64,000 nt of DNA from Gammaproteobacteria bacterium. GTDB lineage: Bacteria; Pseudomonadota; Gammaproteobacteria; Natronospirales; JAIVGZ01. The DNA lies in the NCBI GenBank assembly GCA_040882865.1, contig JBBEAN010000008.1, positions 556,437 to 620,436 on the forward strand, given 5' to 3'. Below the pieces are notes generated by a model. The model did no database searches. It was not told the DNA's origin and was given only the letters and a program-made list of their open reading frames with translations. Shown piece by piece: positions 42,710 to 50,855 of the stretch. A program made the translations under genes and the position numbers. Position 1 is the first letter of the stretch. Every line of letters starts with the position of its first letter.

Positions 42710-43249
42710 ATGCTGAGCGCAATCGTCGCCATCACCACACTCGCCGCCGTGTTCGGGCTGCTGCTCGGCTTTTCGGCCGTGCGCTTTCGCGTCGATGGCG
42801 ACCCGATCGCCGATCAGGTCGAGGCCCTGCTGCCGCAGACGCAGTGCGGGCAATGCACGTTCCCGGGATGTCGCCCGTATGCGGAAGCGATCGTGCGCGG
42901 CGAAGCCGACATCAATCAATGCCCGCCGGGCGGCGAGGCGACCATCCGCGCGCTCGCCGACTTGCTCGACCGCGAACCAAAGGCCTTGAATCCCGACAAC
43001 GGCGCCGAGAAGCCGCGCGTGCTGGCGCTGATCGACGAGCCGCGGTGCATCGGCTGCACGCTCTGCATCCAGGCGTGCCCCGTCGACGCGATCGTCGGCG
43101 CGCCGAAACAGATGCACACGGTCATCGCCGCCGAGTGCACCGGCTGCGAACTGTGCCTGCCGCCCTGCCCGGTCGACTGCATCGACCTGGTGCCCGCCGA
43201 CGACGGAATCGCTGCGTGGCGGTGGCCGGAGCCCGACCATGGTGCATGA
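42710..43249 (+). CDS. rnfB: electron transport complex subunit RnfB/RsxB
   Basis: N-terminal TM helix, [10 protein letters not shown] cluster, and two 4Fe-4S ferredoxin motifs ([24 protein letters not shown]). Confidence 0.9.
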   Translation: MLSAIVAITTLAAVFGLLLGFSAVRFRVDGDPIADQVEALLPQTQCGQCTFPGCRPYAEAIVRGEADINQCPPGGEATIRALADLLDREPKALNPDNGAEKPRVLALIDEPRCIGCTLCIQACPVDAIVGAPKQMHTVIAAECTGCELCLPPCPVDCIDLVPADDGIAAWRWPEPDHGA

Positions 43250-43256
43250 GCCGGGA

Positions 43257-43290
43257 AAATCGCGGCGCAAAGGCGCCGCTCCAACAGGTG
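43257..43290 (+). repeat. REP element, orientation A, intra-operon (rnfB-rnfC spacer)
   Basis: AAATCGCGGCGCAAAGGCGCCGCTCCAACAGGTG. Confidence 0.9.
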
Positions 43291-43295
43291 CCAGG

Positions 43296-44786
43296 ATGCA
43301 CGGCGGGTTGAAGCTTGAGCCGCACAAAGCCGAGTCAACGCGCGAGCCGATTCTGCGCGGCCCGCGTCCGAGCGAGCTCGTACTGCCGCTCGCACAGCAC
43401 ATGGGCGCCGCGGCGAAGGCGCGTGTCGCGGTCGGTGACCACGTCGCGCGCGGCCAGCCGCTTGCCGACGCCGACGGTTACCTGAGCGCGCCAGTGCATG
43501 CCCCTGCCTCAGGCACCGTTGTAGCCATCGAGCCGCGCCGCATCGCGCATCCGTCAGGCCTCGCGACGCCCTGCATCGTGCTCGAGACCGACGCCGCCGA
43601 CCATGACTGGGACGGCCTGCACGCGCACCCACAATGGCGCGACCTCACCCCCGAGCAGGTGCGAACGCTCGTGCGCGATGCCGGCATCGTCGGCCTCGGC
43701 GGCGCCGCGTTTCCGACCCACGTGAAACTCAATCCCGCGCTGACCGTCGACACGCTCGTCCTCAACGGCGCGGAGTGCGAGCCGTACATCAGCTGCGACG
43801 ACCGGCTGATGCGCGAGCGCGCGGCGCAGGTCGTCGCGGGTGCGGAGATCCTGCTGCACGCGCTGCAGGCAAAGCGGTGCGTGATCGCGATTGAGGAAGA
43901 CAAGCCAGAAGCGATCGCGGCCATCAAAACAGGAATCGCGGCGCAAAGGCGCCGCTCCAACACCAGCGACTTCGACCTGGCTTTGGAGGTGGTGCCTGCG
44001 ATTTACCCTCAGGGCGGCGAGCGGCAGTTGATTGCCACGGTGACGGGACGGCGGGTCCCGAGCGGCGGCTTACCGCTGAACGTCGGCGTCGTCTGCCACA
44101 ACGTCGCGACCGCGGCCGCGGTCGCCGCAGCGGTGCTGGACGGCGAGCCGCTCACGCGGCGCGTTGTCACCATGACCGGCGACGCGATGGCAGCACCGCG
44201 CAATGTCGACGCGCTGTACGGCACGCCCGTCTCAGCGCTCATCGCCGCGTGCGGTGGCTACGACGCGCCGGTGGACCGACTTGTAATGGGCGGTCCGATG
44301 ATGGGCTTCGCGCTGCCCGGCGACGACGTACCCGTCGTGAAGGCGATGAATTGCATCTTGGCGGAGTCCGATGCGATCGCGGCGCAAAGGCGCCGCTCCG
44401 TCAAACAGGTTCAGCCCTGCATTCGGTGTACGGCGTGTGAAGACGCGTGCCCGGCCGAGCTCCTGCCGCAGCAGCTGCACTGGTTCGCGCGCGCGCGGGA
44501 TTTCGACCAGGCCCGCGATCACGCGCTGTTCGATTGCATCGAATGCGGCGTCTGCGACGCCGTGTGTCCGAGCGACATACCGCTCGCCGCGCAGTTTCGC
44601 TGGGCGAAGGCAGAGATCCGCGCGCGCGATGACGAACGCAGTCGCGCCGAGCTCGCGAAACACCGCTTCGAGGCGCGCGCGCAGCGCCTCGCTGACGAGA
44701 AGCGCGAGCGCGAAGAACGCTTGAAGAAGAAACAGGACCCCGCCGCCATCGAAGCAGCGCTCGCACGCGTGAAGGCGAGCCGATGA
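43296..44786 (+). CDS. rnfC: electron transport complex subunit RnfC/RsxC
   Basis: GLGGAAFPTHVKL, NGAECEPYISCDDRLM, and two 4Fe-4S motifs (CIRCTACEDACP, CIECGVCDAVCP). ATG 43296 is preferred. The GTG at 43239 would read through the REP. Confidence 0.9.
   Translation: MHGGLKLEPHKAESTREPILRGPRPSELVLPLAQHMGAAAKARVAVGDHVARGQPLADADGYLSAPVHAPASGTVVAIEPRRIAHPSGLATPCIVLETDAADHDWDGLHAHPQWRDLTPEQVRTLVRDAGIVGLGGAAFPTHVKLNPALTVDTLVLNGAECEPYISCDDRLMRERAAQVVAGAEILLHALQAKRCVIAIEEDKPEAIAAIKTGIAAQRRRSNTSDFDLALEVVPAIYPQGGERQLIATVTGRRVPSGGLPLNVGVVCHNVATAAAVAAAVLDGEPLTRRVVTMTGDAMAAPRNVDALYGTPVSALIAACGGYDAPVDRLVMGGPMMGFALPGDDVPVVKAMNCILAESDAIAAQRRRSVKQVQPCIRCTACEDACPAELLPQQLHWFARARDFDQARDHALFDCIECGVCDAVCPSDIPLAAQFRWAKAEIRARDDERSRAELAKHRFEARAQRLADEKREREERLKKKQDPAAIEAALARVKASR
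43933..43964 (+). repeat. REP element, orientation A, in frame inside rnfC
   Basis: GAATCGCGGCGCAAAGGCGCCGCTCCAACACC, translated as (G)IAAQRRRSNT. Confidence 0.9.
44375..44410 (+). repeat. REP element, orientation A, in frame inside rnfC
   Basis: GATCGCGGCGCAAAGGCGCCGCTCCGTCAAACAGGT, translated as AIAAQRRRSVKQV. Confidence 0.9.
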
Positions 44787-45640
44787 ACGACGTGCAGGCC
44801 CTCATGACGAAGGTACTGGTCGCGCTGATTCCGGCCGGCGCAATCCACGTCTGGCTGTTCGGCCCCGGCCTGCTGATCAACTGCACGATTGCCGTCGCCG
44901 CAGCACTCGCGGCAGAAGCCTTGATGCTCAAGCTGCGCGGACGCCCGCTCGTCCCCGCGTTGCTCGACTTGAGCGCGCCCGTCACTGCGGTCCTGCTCGC
45001 GTTTGCGCTGCCACCACTCGTGCCTTGGTGGATTCCGGTCGTGGGGACGCTGTTCGCCATCGTCGTCGCGAAGCAACTTTACGGCGGCATCGGCTTCAAC
45101 CTGTTCAACCCCGCGATGGCGGGTTACGTCGTCTTGTTGATTTCGTTTCCAATCGAGATGACACGCTGGCCGGGGCCGTTCGATGGCGTCACCGCGGCGA
45201 CCCCGCTCGATCAAGTCAACGAGGTCGCGACCATTGCGGGCGGCTGGGAATGGCTGTCGCTTGCGGTGCTGGCGGGCGGGCTTTGGCTCCTGTCCCAGCG
45301 CGTGATTCGATGGCCGATCCCGGTTGCGGTGCTCGGCAGCCTCACGGTCATCGCGACCGTGTTCTGGCTCCTCGACCCAGGTCGCTTTGCCTCACCGGCG
45401 TTCCATCTCGCGGGCGGTGCGACGATGCTGTGCGCGTTCTTCATCGCGACGGACCCGGTCACCGCCGCGACGACGCCACGCGGCCGCATTGTCTACGGCG
45501 TCGGTATCGGCACGCTGATCTGGGTACTGCGTAACTTCAGTGTGTATCCCGATGGCGTCGCGTTCGCCGTCCTGCTGATGAACATGGCGGCACCGGCGCT
45601 TGACCACTTCCTCAGACCGCGGGGCGCGGATGCGCGCTGA
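44783..45640 (+). CDS. rnfD: electron transport complex subunit RnfD/RsxD
   Basis: FNPAMAGYVVLLISFP and the FMN attachment region FFIATDPVTAATTPRGR. Shorter (285 aa) than enteric homologues as I recall them, mainly in a periplasmic loop. Confidence 0.85.
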   Translation: MNDVQALMTKVLVALIPAGAIHVWLFGPGLLINCTIAVAAALAAEALMLKLRGRPLVPALLDLSAPVTAVLLAFALPPLVPWWIPVVGTLFAIVVAKQLYGGIGFNLFNPAMAGYVVLLISFPIEMTRWPGPFDGVTAATPLDQVNEVATIAGGWEWLSLAVLAGGLWLLSQRVIRWPIPVAVLGSLTVIATVFWLLDPGRFASPAFHLAGGATMLCAFFIATDPVTAATTPRGRIVYGVGIGTLIWVLRNFSVYPDGVAFAVLLMNMAAPALDHFLRPRGADAR

Positions 45641-46250
45641 CGTTCGCAACGCGCTCGTCGCCGCCACGGTGCTCGCTGCATTCGCACTGGCGGGGACGGC
45701 GCTCGTCACGACCGCGGAGCACTCGACTCGAGCGCGCATCGCGGACAATGAGCGACAGGCGTTGCTGGAATCGCTCGCGCTCATCGTGGATCCTGCACGC
45801 TACGACAATGATCCGCTGGCCGACACAATTCAGCTCGCCGACGTGCGGCTCGGCGATGGTCCAATCACGGTGTTCCGTGCGCGTCGCGCCGACGAACCGG
45901 TCGCAGCCGTTTTCGCCGTGACCGCGCCGGATGGCTACGCCGGGCCCATCCGCATCCTCGTCGCCGTTAACGTAGACGGCACGGTCTCCGGCGTGCGCGT
46001 GATCGCGCACCGCGAGACGCCCGGGCTCGGCGATCCGATCGACGCGTCACGCTCTGACTGGATCCACACCTTCGCCGGGCGCTCACTCGGCGACCCGCCG
46101 CGCGCGCGCTGGACCGTGCGTAAGGACGGCGGCGCATTCGACCAATTTACCGGCGCGACAATCACCCCGCGCACGGTCGTGCACGCCGTCCGCCGCGCGC
46201 TAGAATTCTTCGAGGAGAATCAGGAGGCGCTCTTTGCAACAAGCAACTGA
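45630..46250 (+). CDS. rnfG: electron transport complex subunit RnfG/RsxG
   Basis: N-terminal TM helix, HRETPGLGD, and the FMN-binding [15 protein letters not shown] 45630 overlaps the rnfD stop. Confidence 0.85.
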   Translation: MRADVRNALVAATVLAAFALAGTALVTTAEHSTRARIADNERQALLESLALIVDPARYDNDPLADTIQLADVRLGDGPITVFRARRADEPVAAVFAVTAPDGYAGPIRILVAVNVDGTVSGVRVIAHRETPGLGDPIDASRSDWIHTFAGRSLGDPPRARWTVRKDGGAFDQFTGATITPRTVVHAVRRALEFFEENQEALFATSN

Positions 46251-46905
46251 AGGTCTCTGGCGCAACAATCCGGCGCTCGTGCAGCTGCTTGGGCTGTGTC
46301 CGCTGCTCGCGGTTACCGGCACCGCGGTCAACGGGCTCGGTCTCGGGCTCGCGACGCTGTTCGTGCTCGTCGGTTCGAATCTCGTCGTGTCGCTTATCCG
46401 CGGCGCGCTGAGACCCGAAGTGCGGATTCCAATTTTCGTGCTCGTGATTGCGGCCTTGGTCACGACCGTCGAGCTCACGATGAACGCGTTCTTCCACGAG
46501 CTGTACACGACGCTCGGAATCTTCATTCCGCTGATCGTCACGAATTGCGCAATCATCGCGCGTGCAGAGACGTTCGCGTCACGCAACGGCCCGTTACGGT
46601 CGGTGCTCGACGGCCTGTGGATGGGCAGCGGCTTCGCACTCGTGCTCGTGACGCTCGGCGCGGTGCGAGAAATCGTCGGTCACGGCACGCTGTTCGCGGG
46701 CGCCGAACATCTGTTCGGACCCGCCGCCGCCGATCTCGAGCTTCACTGGACGGCGTACCGCGGCTTCCTGCTCGCCGCGCTGCCGCCGGGCGCATTCTTC
46801 GGGCTCGGGCTCCTGATTGCAGCGAAGAACGCGATCGATGCAAGACGGCCCGCGCGAGCTCCGGTGCGGACTCGCGTCACCGCCTCGGACGCAGCGGCCC
46901 TCTGA
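46234..46905 (+). CDS. rnfE: electron transport complex subunit RnfE/RsxE
   Basis: [35 protein letters not shown]. Confidence 0.9.
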   Translation: MQQATEGLWRNNPALVQLLGLCPLLAVTGTAVNGLGLGLATLFVLVGSNLVVSLIRGALRPEVRIPIFVLVIAALVTTVELTMNAFFHELYTTLGIFIPLIVTNCAIIARAETFASRNGPLRSVLDGLWMGSGFALVLVTLGAVREIVGHGTLFAGAEHLFGPAAADLELHWTAYRGFLLAALPPGAFFGLGLLIAAKNAIDARRPARAPVRTRVTASDAAAL

Positions 46906-47546
46906 TGGGACCGGTCTCGCGCACACGTCTGTTTGAACGCCTCAAAGCGCTCGACCCCGCCCCGACGACCGAGCTGGTGTACCGCACGCCGTTCGAACTT
47001 CTGGTCGCCGTCATCCTGTCTGCGCAAGCGACGGACATCGGCGTCAACAAGGCGACCGTAAAACTTTTCGCAGTCGCGAACACGCCGGACGCGATTCTCG
47101 CGCTCGGCGAGGCGCGGCTGAAGCGCTTCGTGAAGACCATCGGCCTGTTCAATACCAAGGCGAAGAACATCATGAAGACTTGTCGCATCCTCGTCGATGA
47201 GCACGGCGGCGAAGTGCCGCGCAACCGCGCGGCGCTCGAGCGGCTGCCAGGCGTCGGTCGCAAGACCGCTAACGTAATCCTGAATACGGCATTCGGCGAG
47301 CCCACCATCGCGGTCGACACACATATCTTCCGCGTGTCGAACCGCACCGGTCTTGCGCCCGGGAAAAACCCGCTCGAGGTGGAGCGCGCGCTGATGCAGC
47401 GGGTTCCGCCGCGCTATCGCAAGGACGCGCACCACTGGCTCATCCTGCATGGGCGCTACACCTGTAAGGCCCGCAAGCCGCTGTGTGGCGACTGCGTCAT
47501 CGCGGACCTGTGCGAATGGCCGGGGCGGGTGGTCGGTGTTCGGTAA
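46905..47546 (+). CDS. nth: endonuclease III
   Basis: HhH-GPD (LPGVGRKTANVIL) and the 4Fe-4S motif CKARKPLCGDCVIADLC. ATG 46905 overlaps the rnfE stop. Confidence 0.9.
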   Translation: MGPVSRTRLFERLKALDPAPTTELVYRTPFELLVAVILSAQATDIGVNKATVKLFAVANTPDAILALGEARLKRFVKTIGLFNTKAKNIMKTCRILVDEHGGEVPRNRAALERLPGVGRKTANVILNTAFGEPTIAVDTHIFRVSNRTGLAPGKNPLEVERALMQRVPPRYRKDAHHWLILHGRYTCKARKPLCGDCVIADLCEWPGRVVGVR

Positions 47547-47964
47547 CAACCGGAACGCAATGCGCGCACGGTACCTTGCGATCTGGCGCAAGCTTCAGGC
47601 GCGCGCGCCGCTCGAGCCGCTGGAAGCGGTCATCGCGTCGGTCATCGAGGACCACCCCGAATACCACGCGCTGTTCGAAAAGGGTGAAGTCGCCCTCGCT
47701 GAAGAATGGTCGCCCGAGGGTGGCCAGTCGAATCCATTCCTCCACCTCGGCCTGCACATCGCCGTCCGCGAACAGGTCGCGGCCGACCGACCGCTCGGCG
47801 TACGTGGCGTTTTCGAGTCGCTCGCGCGCGCGGCCAGCGACCCTCTCGAAGCCGAACACCGCATGATCGAATGCCTCGCCGCGACGCTGTGGGAAGCCGG
47901 CCGCAGCGGCGTCCCGCCGGATGAGGCCGCGTATCTTGAGCGCCTGCGCAGGCTGAAATGCTGA
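47536..47964 (+). CDS. DUF1841 family protein
   Basis: (M)FGNNRNAMRARYLAIWRKLQ...EDHPEYHALFE is DUF1841-like. GTG 47536 overlaps the nth stop. Alternative start ATG 47560. Confidence 0.6.
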   Translation: MFGNNRNAMRARYLAIWRKLQARAPLEPLEAVIASVIEDHPEYHALFEKGEVALAEEWSPEGGQSNPFLHLGLHIAVREQVAADRPLGVRGVFESLARAASDPLEAEHRMIECLAATLWEAGRSGVPPDEAAYLERLRRLKC

Positions 47965-47998
47965 AACGGTGAAATTTAATGCCGCGGTGCCGGTCTTC
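47953..47998 (+). promoter_or_regulatory. candidate ECF-type promoter and triple TGAAA repeat upstream of the RiPP operon
   Basis: CTGAAATG-CTGAAACG-GTGAAATT (47953-47976). TGAAAT (47970-75) is followed after 17 nt by GTCTTC (47993-98). GGAGG RBS at 48014-18. Confidence 0.3.
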
Positions 47999-48025
47999 TA
48001 AGTACCCCCAACTGGAGGAAACACC

Positions 48026-48361
48026 ATGACGAAGTCCCGTAACTACACGCTGGCGCTCGCCGTCGGCACCGCCCTGGCCGCCGCGCCCGCAGCGGCCGCC
48101 GCCAACCCGTTCGGCCTCTCCGACCTCGGCGCCGGTTACATGCTCGGCGCGGCAGCAGCGGGCGACCCGGCGCCGGCAGCGAAAGACGCCGAAGGCAAAT
48201 GCGGCGAGGACAAGGCCAAGAAGGACGCCGAGGGCAAGTGCGGTGAAGGCAAGTGCGGTGAGGACAAGGACAAGGCCGAGGCGAAGGATGGCGAGGGCAA
48301 GTGCGGTGAGGAGAAAGACAAGGCCAAGACGAAAGATGGCGAGGGTAAGTGCGGGGCCTGA
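48026..48361 (+). CDS. secreted Cys-repeat RiPP precursor (five EGKCG motifs; HvfA/oxazolin-like metallophore precursor)
   Basis: Signal peptide MTKSRNYTLALAVGTALAAAPAAAAA. After it comes NPFGLSDLGAGYML, then a K/E/D-rich tail with EGKCG x5 (Cys codons at 48200, 48239, 48254, 48302, 48350), ending EGKCGA-stop. Directly followed by DUF692 and DUF2063 genes. Confidence 0.8.
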   Translation: MTKSRNYTLALAVGTALAAAPAAAAANPFGLSDLGAGYMLGAAAAGDPAPAAKDAEGKCGEDKAKKDAEGKCGEGKCGEDKDKAEAKDGEGKCGEEKDKAKTKDGEGKCGA

Positions 48362-49158
48362 ACGGCACCGGCCTTGGCCTGCGCCGGCCGTTGATCGAGC
48401 CCTTGCTCGAACAGCGGCCGGCGCAACTTTCGTTTCTGGAAGTCGCACCCGAAAACTGGCTCGGTATCGGCGGCCGACTGGGCCGGCAGCTGCGCGCGCT
48501 GTCAGAGCGTTACCCGCTCGCGAGCCACGGCCTCTCGCTGTCGCTCGGGGGTCCCGGCCCGCTCGATGAGGCCTTCGTGCTCGAGCTCAAACGGTTTTTC
48601 GACGAATACGGCATCACGACGTGCAGCGAGCACCTGTCCTACTGCAGCGACGATGGCCAGCTTTATGACCTCCTTCCGATTCCCTTCACCGAGGAAGCCG
48701 TCCACTGGGTCGCCGCGCGCATTCGCCGCGTCGAAGCCCTGCTAGAACGCCCGCTCGCCATCGAGAACGTGTCGTACTACGCAGCGCCTGGCGCCGAGAT
48801 GCGCGAGATCGAATTCGTGAACGCGGTCCTCGAGGAAGCGGATTGCCGACTGCTGCTCGACGTGAACAACGTGCTCGTCAATTCGGTCAACCACGCGTAC
48901 GACCCGGTCGAGTTCATCCACGCTTTGCCCGCGGACCGCGTCGAGTACTTGCACATGGCCGGGCACACCATCGAGGCCGAAGACCTGCGCATCGATACAC
49001 ATGGCAGCGACGTGCCGGACGAGGTGTGGCGATTGCTCGCCGTCGCGTACGCACACTGCGGGCCACTGCCGACGCTGCTCGAGCGCGACTTCAACATCCC
49101 TCCGCTCGACACGCTGCTCGCAGAAGTCGACCGCATCGTCGAAGCACAGCGCGCATGA
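48349..49158 (+). CDS. DUF692 / MNIO family peptide maturase (MbnB-HvfB-BufB like)
   Basis: Motif series SHGLSLSLGG, SEHLSYC, AIENVSYY, LLLDVNN, YLHMAGH, IDTHG (TIM-barrel metal-ligand pattern of DUF692). GTG 48349 overlaps the precursor by 13 nt. Confidence 0.85.
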   Translation: MRGLNGTGLGLRRPLIEPLLEQRPAQLSFLEVAPENWLGIGGRLGRQLRALSERYPLASHGLSLSLGGPGPLDEAFVLELKRFFDEYGITTCSEHLSYCSDDGQLYDLLPIPFTEEAVHWVAARIRRVEALLERPLAIENVSYYAAPGAEMREIEFVNAVLEEADCRLLLDVNNVLVNSVNHAYDPVEFIHALPADRVEYLHMAGHTIEAEDLRIDTHGSDVPDEVWRLLAVAYAHCGPLPTLLERDFNIPPLDTLLAEVDRIVEAQRA

Positions 49159-49871
49159 GTCTGCGCGCCGACCAACTCGAATTCGCCGCGCACTTGCGCG
49201 ACCCCGACGGACACCCGGCCCCGCCGGGCCTCGAGCCACGCCGCGTCGCCGTGTACCGCGGCCTGCTGTTCAAGAACGTGCTCAGCTTCATGCAGAACGG
49301 TTTTCCGGTCATCCGCAAGACGCTCGGCGACGACGCGTTCGCGACGCTCGTGCGCACATGGTTCGCGCAACACCGCGCGACGACGCCGATTTTTCCGCGC
49401 ATGCCGGGCGAGCTCATCGCATGGCTGGCCGATACACCGCGCGCCGCCGCGGGTGCGCCGCCGTGGCTCACAGAGCTTGCGCACTACGAATGGATCGAAC
49501 TGGAACTCCAACTGGATCCGGCGGAAATCGACGTCGACGGCGTGGACGCCGACGGCGATTTGCGCATGGGGGTGCCGGTGTTATCGCCGCTCGCGCGCGT
49601 CCTCGCGTACGATTGGCCGGTCCACCGGATCGGACCGGATTACCGTCCCGAGACGCCGGAACCGACCACCCTGCTCGTGTACCGAGACCGCAGTGACGGC
49701 GTGCGCTTCATGGAGACCAACGCGATGACGCACGCCCTGTTGGCGCTGTTGCGGGACAACGAGACCGCGACCGGTGAGACGCTGCTGCGCGGGCTCGCGG
49801 TCCGTGATGCGGCGCTGTCTCTGCTCGAGTCGCTGCGTGAGCGCGACATCATCGCCGGGGCACGGTCATGA
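49155..49871 (+). CDS. DUF2063 family partner protein (HvfC/BufC-like)
   Basis: N-terminus MSLRADQLEFAAHLRDP...RVAVYRGLLFKNV... is typical of DUF2063. ATGA overlaps on both sides. Confidence 0.8.
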   Translation: MSLRADQLEFAAHLRDPDGHPAPPGLEPRRVAVYRGLLFKNVLSFMQNGFPVIRKTLGDDAFATLVRTWFAQHRATTPIFPRMPGELIAWLADTPRAAAGAPPWLTELAHYEWIELELQLDPAEIDVDGVDADGDLRMGVPVLSPLARVLAYDWPVHRIGPDYRPETPEPTTLLVYRDRSDGVRFMETNAMTHALLALLRDNETATGETLLRGLAVRDAALSLLESLRERDIIAGARS

Positions 49872-50350
49872 CCATTCTCGTCGTGGTTCGCGATTGTCTG
49901 GAAAAGGTCGGCACGTGGTTGCCACAGCTTGCGCTCCGGCTGCTGCTCGCCTGGGAGTACGGCGAAGCGGGCGTGACCAAGCTGCGCGGTGAGAACTGGT
50001 TCGGGCACGTGCAGGACAAGTTCCTGTTCCCGTTCAACTACGTGCCGCCGGCGATCAGTTGGACGCTCGCGACCTGGACGGAAATCATCGGCGCGCTCCT
50101 GCTCGTCATCGGTCTCGGAACGCGCTTCGTCAGCGTTGCGTTCATCGGGCTCACGGTCGTCGCCATCGGCGCCGTCCATTGGCCCGACCAGTGGTCAACG
50201 ATCGGTGACCTGCTGAGCGGGTACACGATTTCCGACCAGGGTCATGGCAATTTCAAGTTGCCGGTCATATTCATCGTCATGCTCCTGCCCTTATTGTTCT
50301 GGGGAGCAGGCAAGGCGAGCGTCGACCATTGGATCCGGACGCGTGACTGA
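49868..50350 (+). CDS. DoxX family membrane protein (BufD/GigT-like)
   Basis: 160 aa, 4 TM helices. Coupled to the DUF2063 gene by an ATGA overlap. Confidence 0.8.
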   Translation: MTILVVVRDCLEKVGTWLPQLALRLLLAWEYGEAGVTKLRGENWFGHVQDKFLFPFNYVPPAISWTLATWTEIIGALLLVIGLGTRFVSVAFIGLTVVAIGAVHWPDQWSTIGDLLSGYTISDQGHGNFKLPVIFIVMLLPLLFWGAGKASVDHWIRTRD

Positions 50351-50855
50351 CAAGCGTCGCAAGTTCGGGACCCTCGTCGCAGCGCTCCTGCCGCAGCTGT
50401 ACCGGTATGCCTACTGGTTGAATCAGGACGGGCAGATCGCCGAGGACGTGGTGCAGGACGCATTGTTACGCGCGTGGCGCGCAATCGATTCCCTGAAAGA
50501 CGAGACGCGGGCGAAGGCGTGGTTGCTCACCATCGTCCGGCGGGAGCACGCGCGTCGGTTCGAGGGCGTGCAGCCGGTCTTCGTCGACCTCGGCGCGCTC
50601 GAACTCGCGGACACGGCCTATCCGGCGGAGGCCGCTGCCGACGCCGCTGACTTGCGGCGGCTCATTGCTGAACTCGAGCCCGCCTACCGCGAACCGCTGG
50701 TGTTACAGGTCGTCGTCGGTCTGTCCTGCGAGGAGATCGCCGAACTGCTGGACTTGAACAAAGCGACGGTGCTGACGCGCTTGTTCCGCGCCCGGCGCCT
50801 TTTGACCCAACGCGTGGCTGCGCCCGTCGTCACGGACGCAGGAGGAATCCTATGA
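50343..50855 (+). CDS. ECF (group IV) RNA polymerase sigma factor
   Basis: Region 2 (DVVQDALLRAWRAIDSL, WLLTIVRRE) and region 4 HTH (LSCEEIAELLDLNKATVLTRLFRARRLL). GTG 50343 overlaps the DoxX stop by 8 nt. Confidence 0.85.
   Translation: MTDKRRKFGTLVAALLPQLYRYAYWLNQDGQIAEDVVQDALLRAWRAIDSLKDETRAKAWLLTIVRREHARRFEGVQPVFVDLGALELADTAYPAEAAADAADLRRLIAELEPAYREPLVLQVVVGLSCEEIAELLDLNKATVLTRLFRARRLLTQRVAAPVVTDAGGIL

Noticed and set aside
43239-43295. Upstream GTG start for rnfC ([19 protein letters not shown]...)
   Set aside because: The extra 19 residues are pure REP translation, and the start would overlap rnfB. ATG 43296 (MHGGLKLEPHK) fits RnfC N-termini better. I keep it as an alternative in the findings because the REP is open in this frame.
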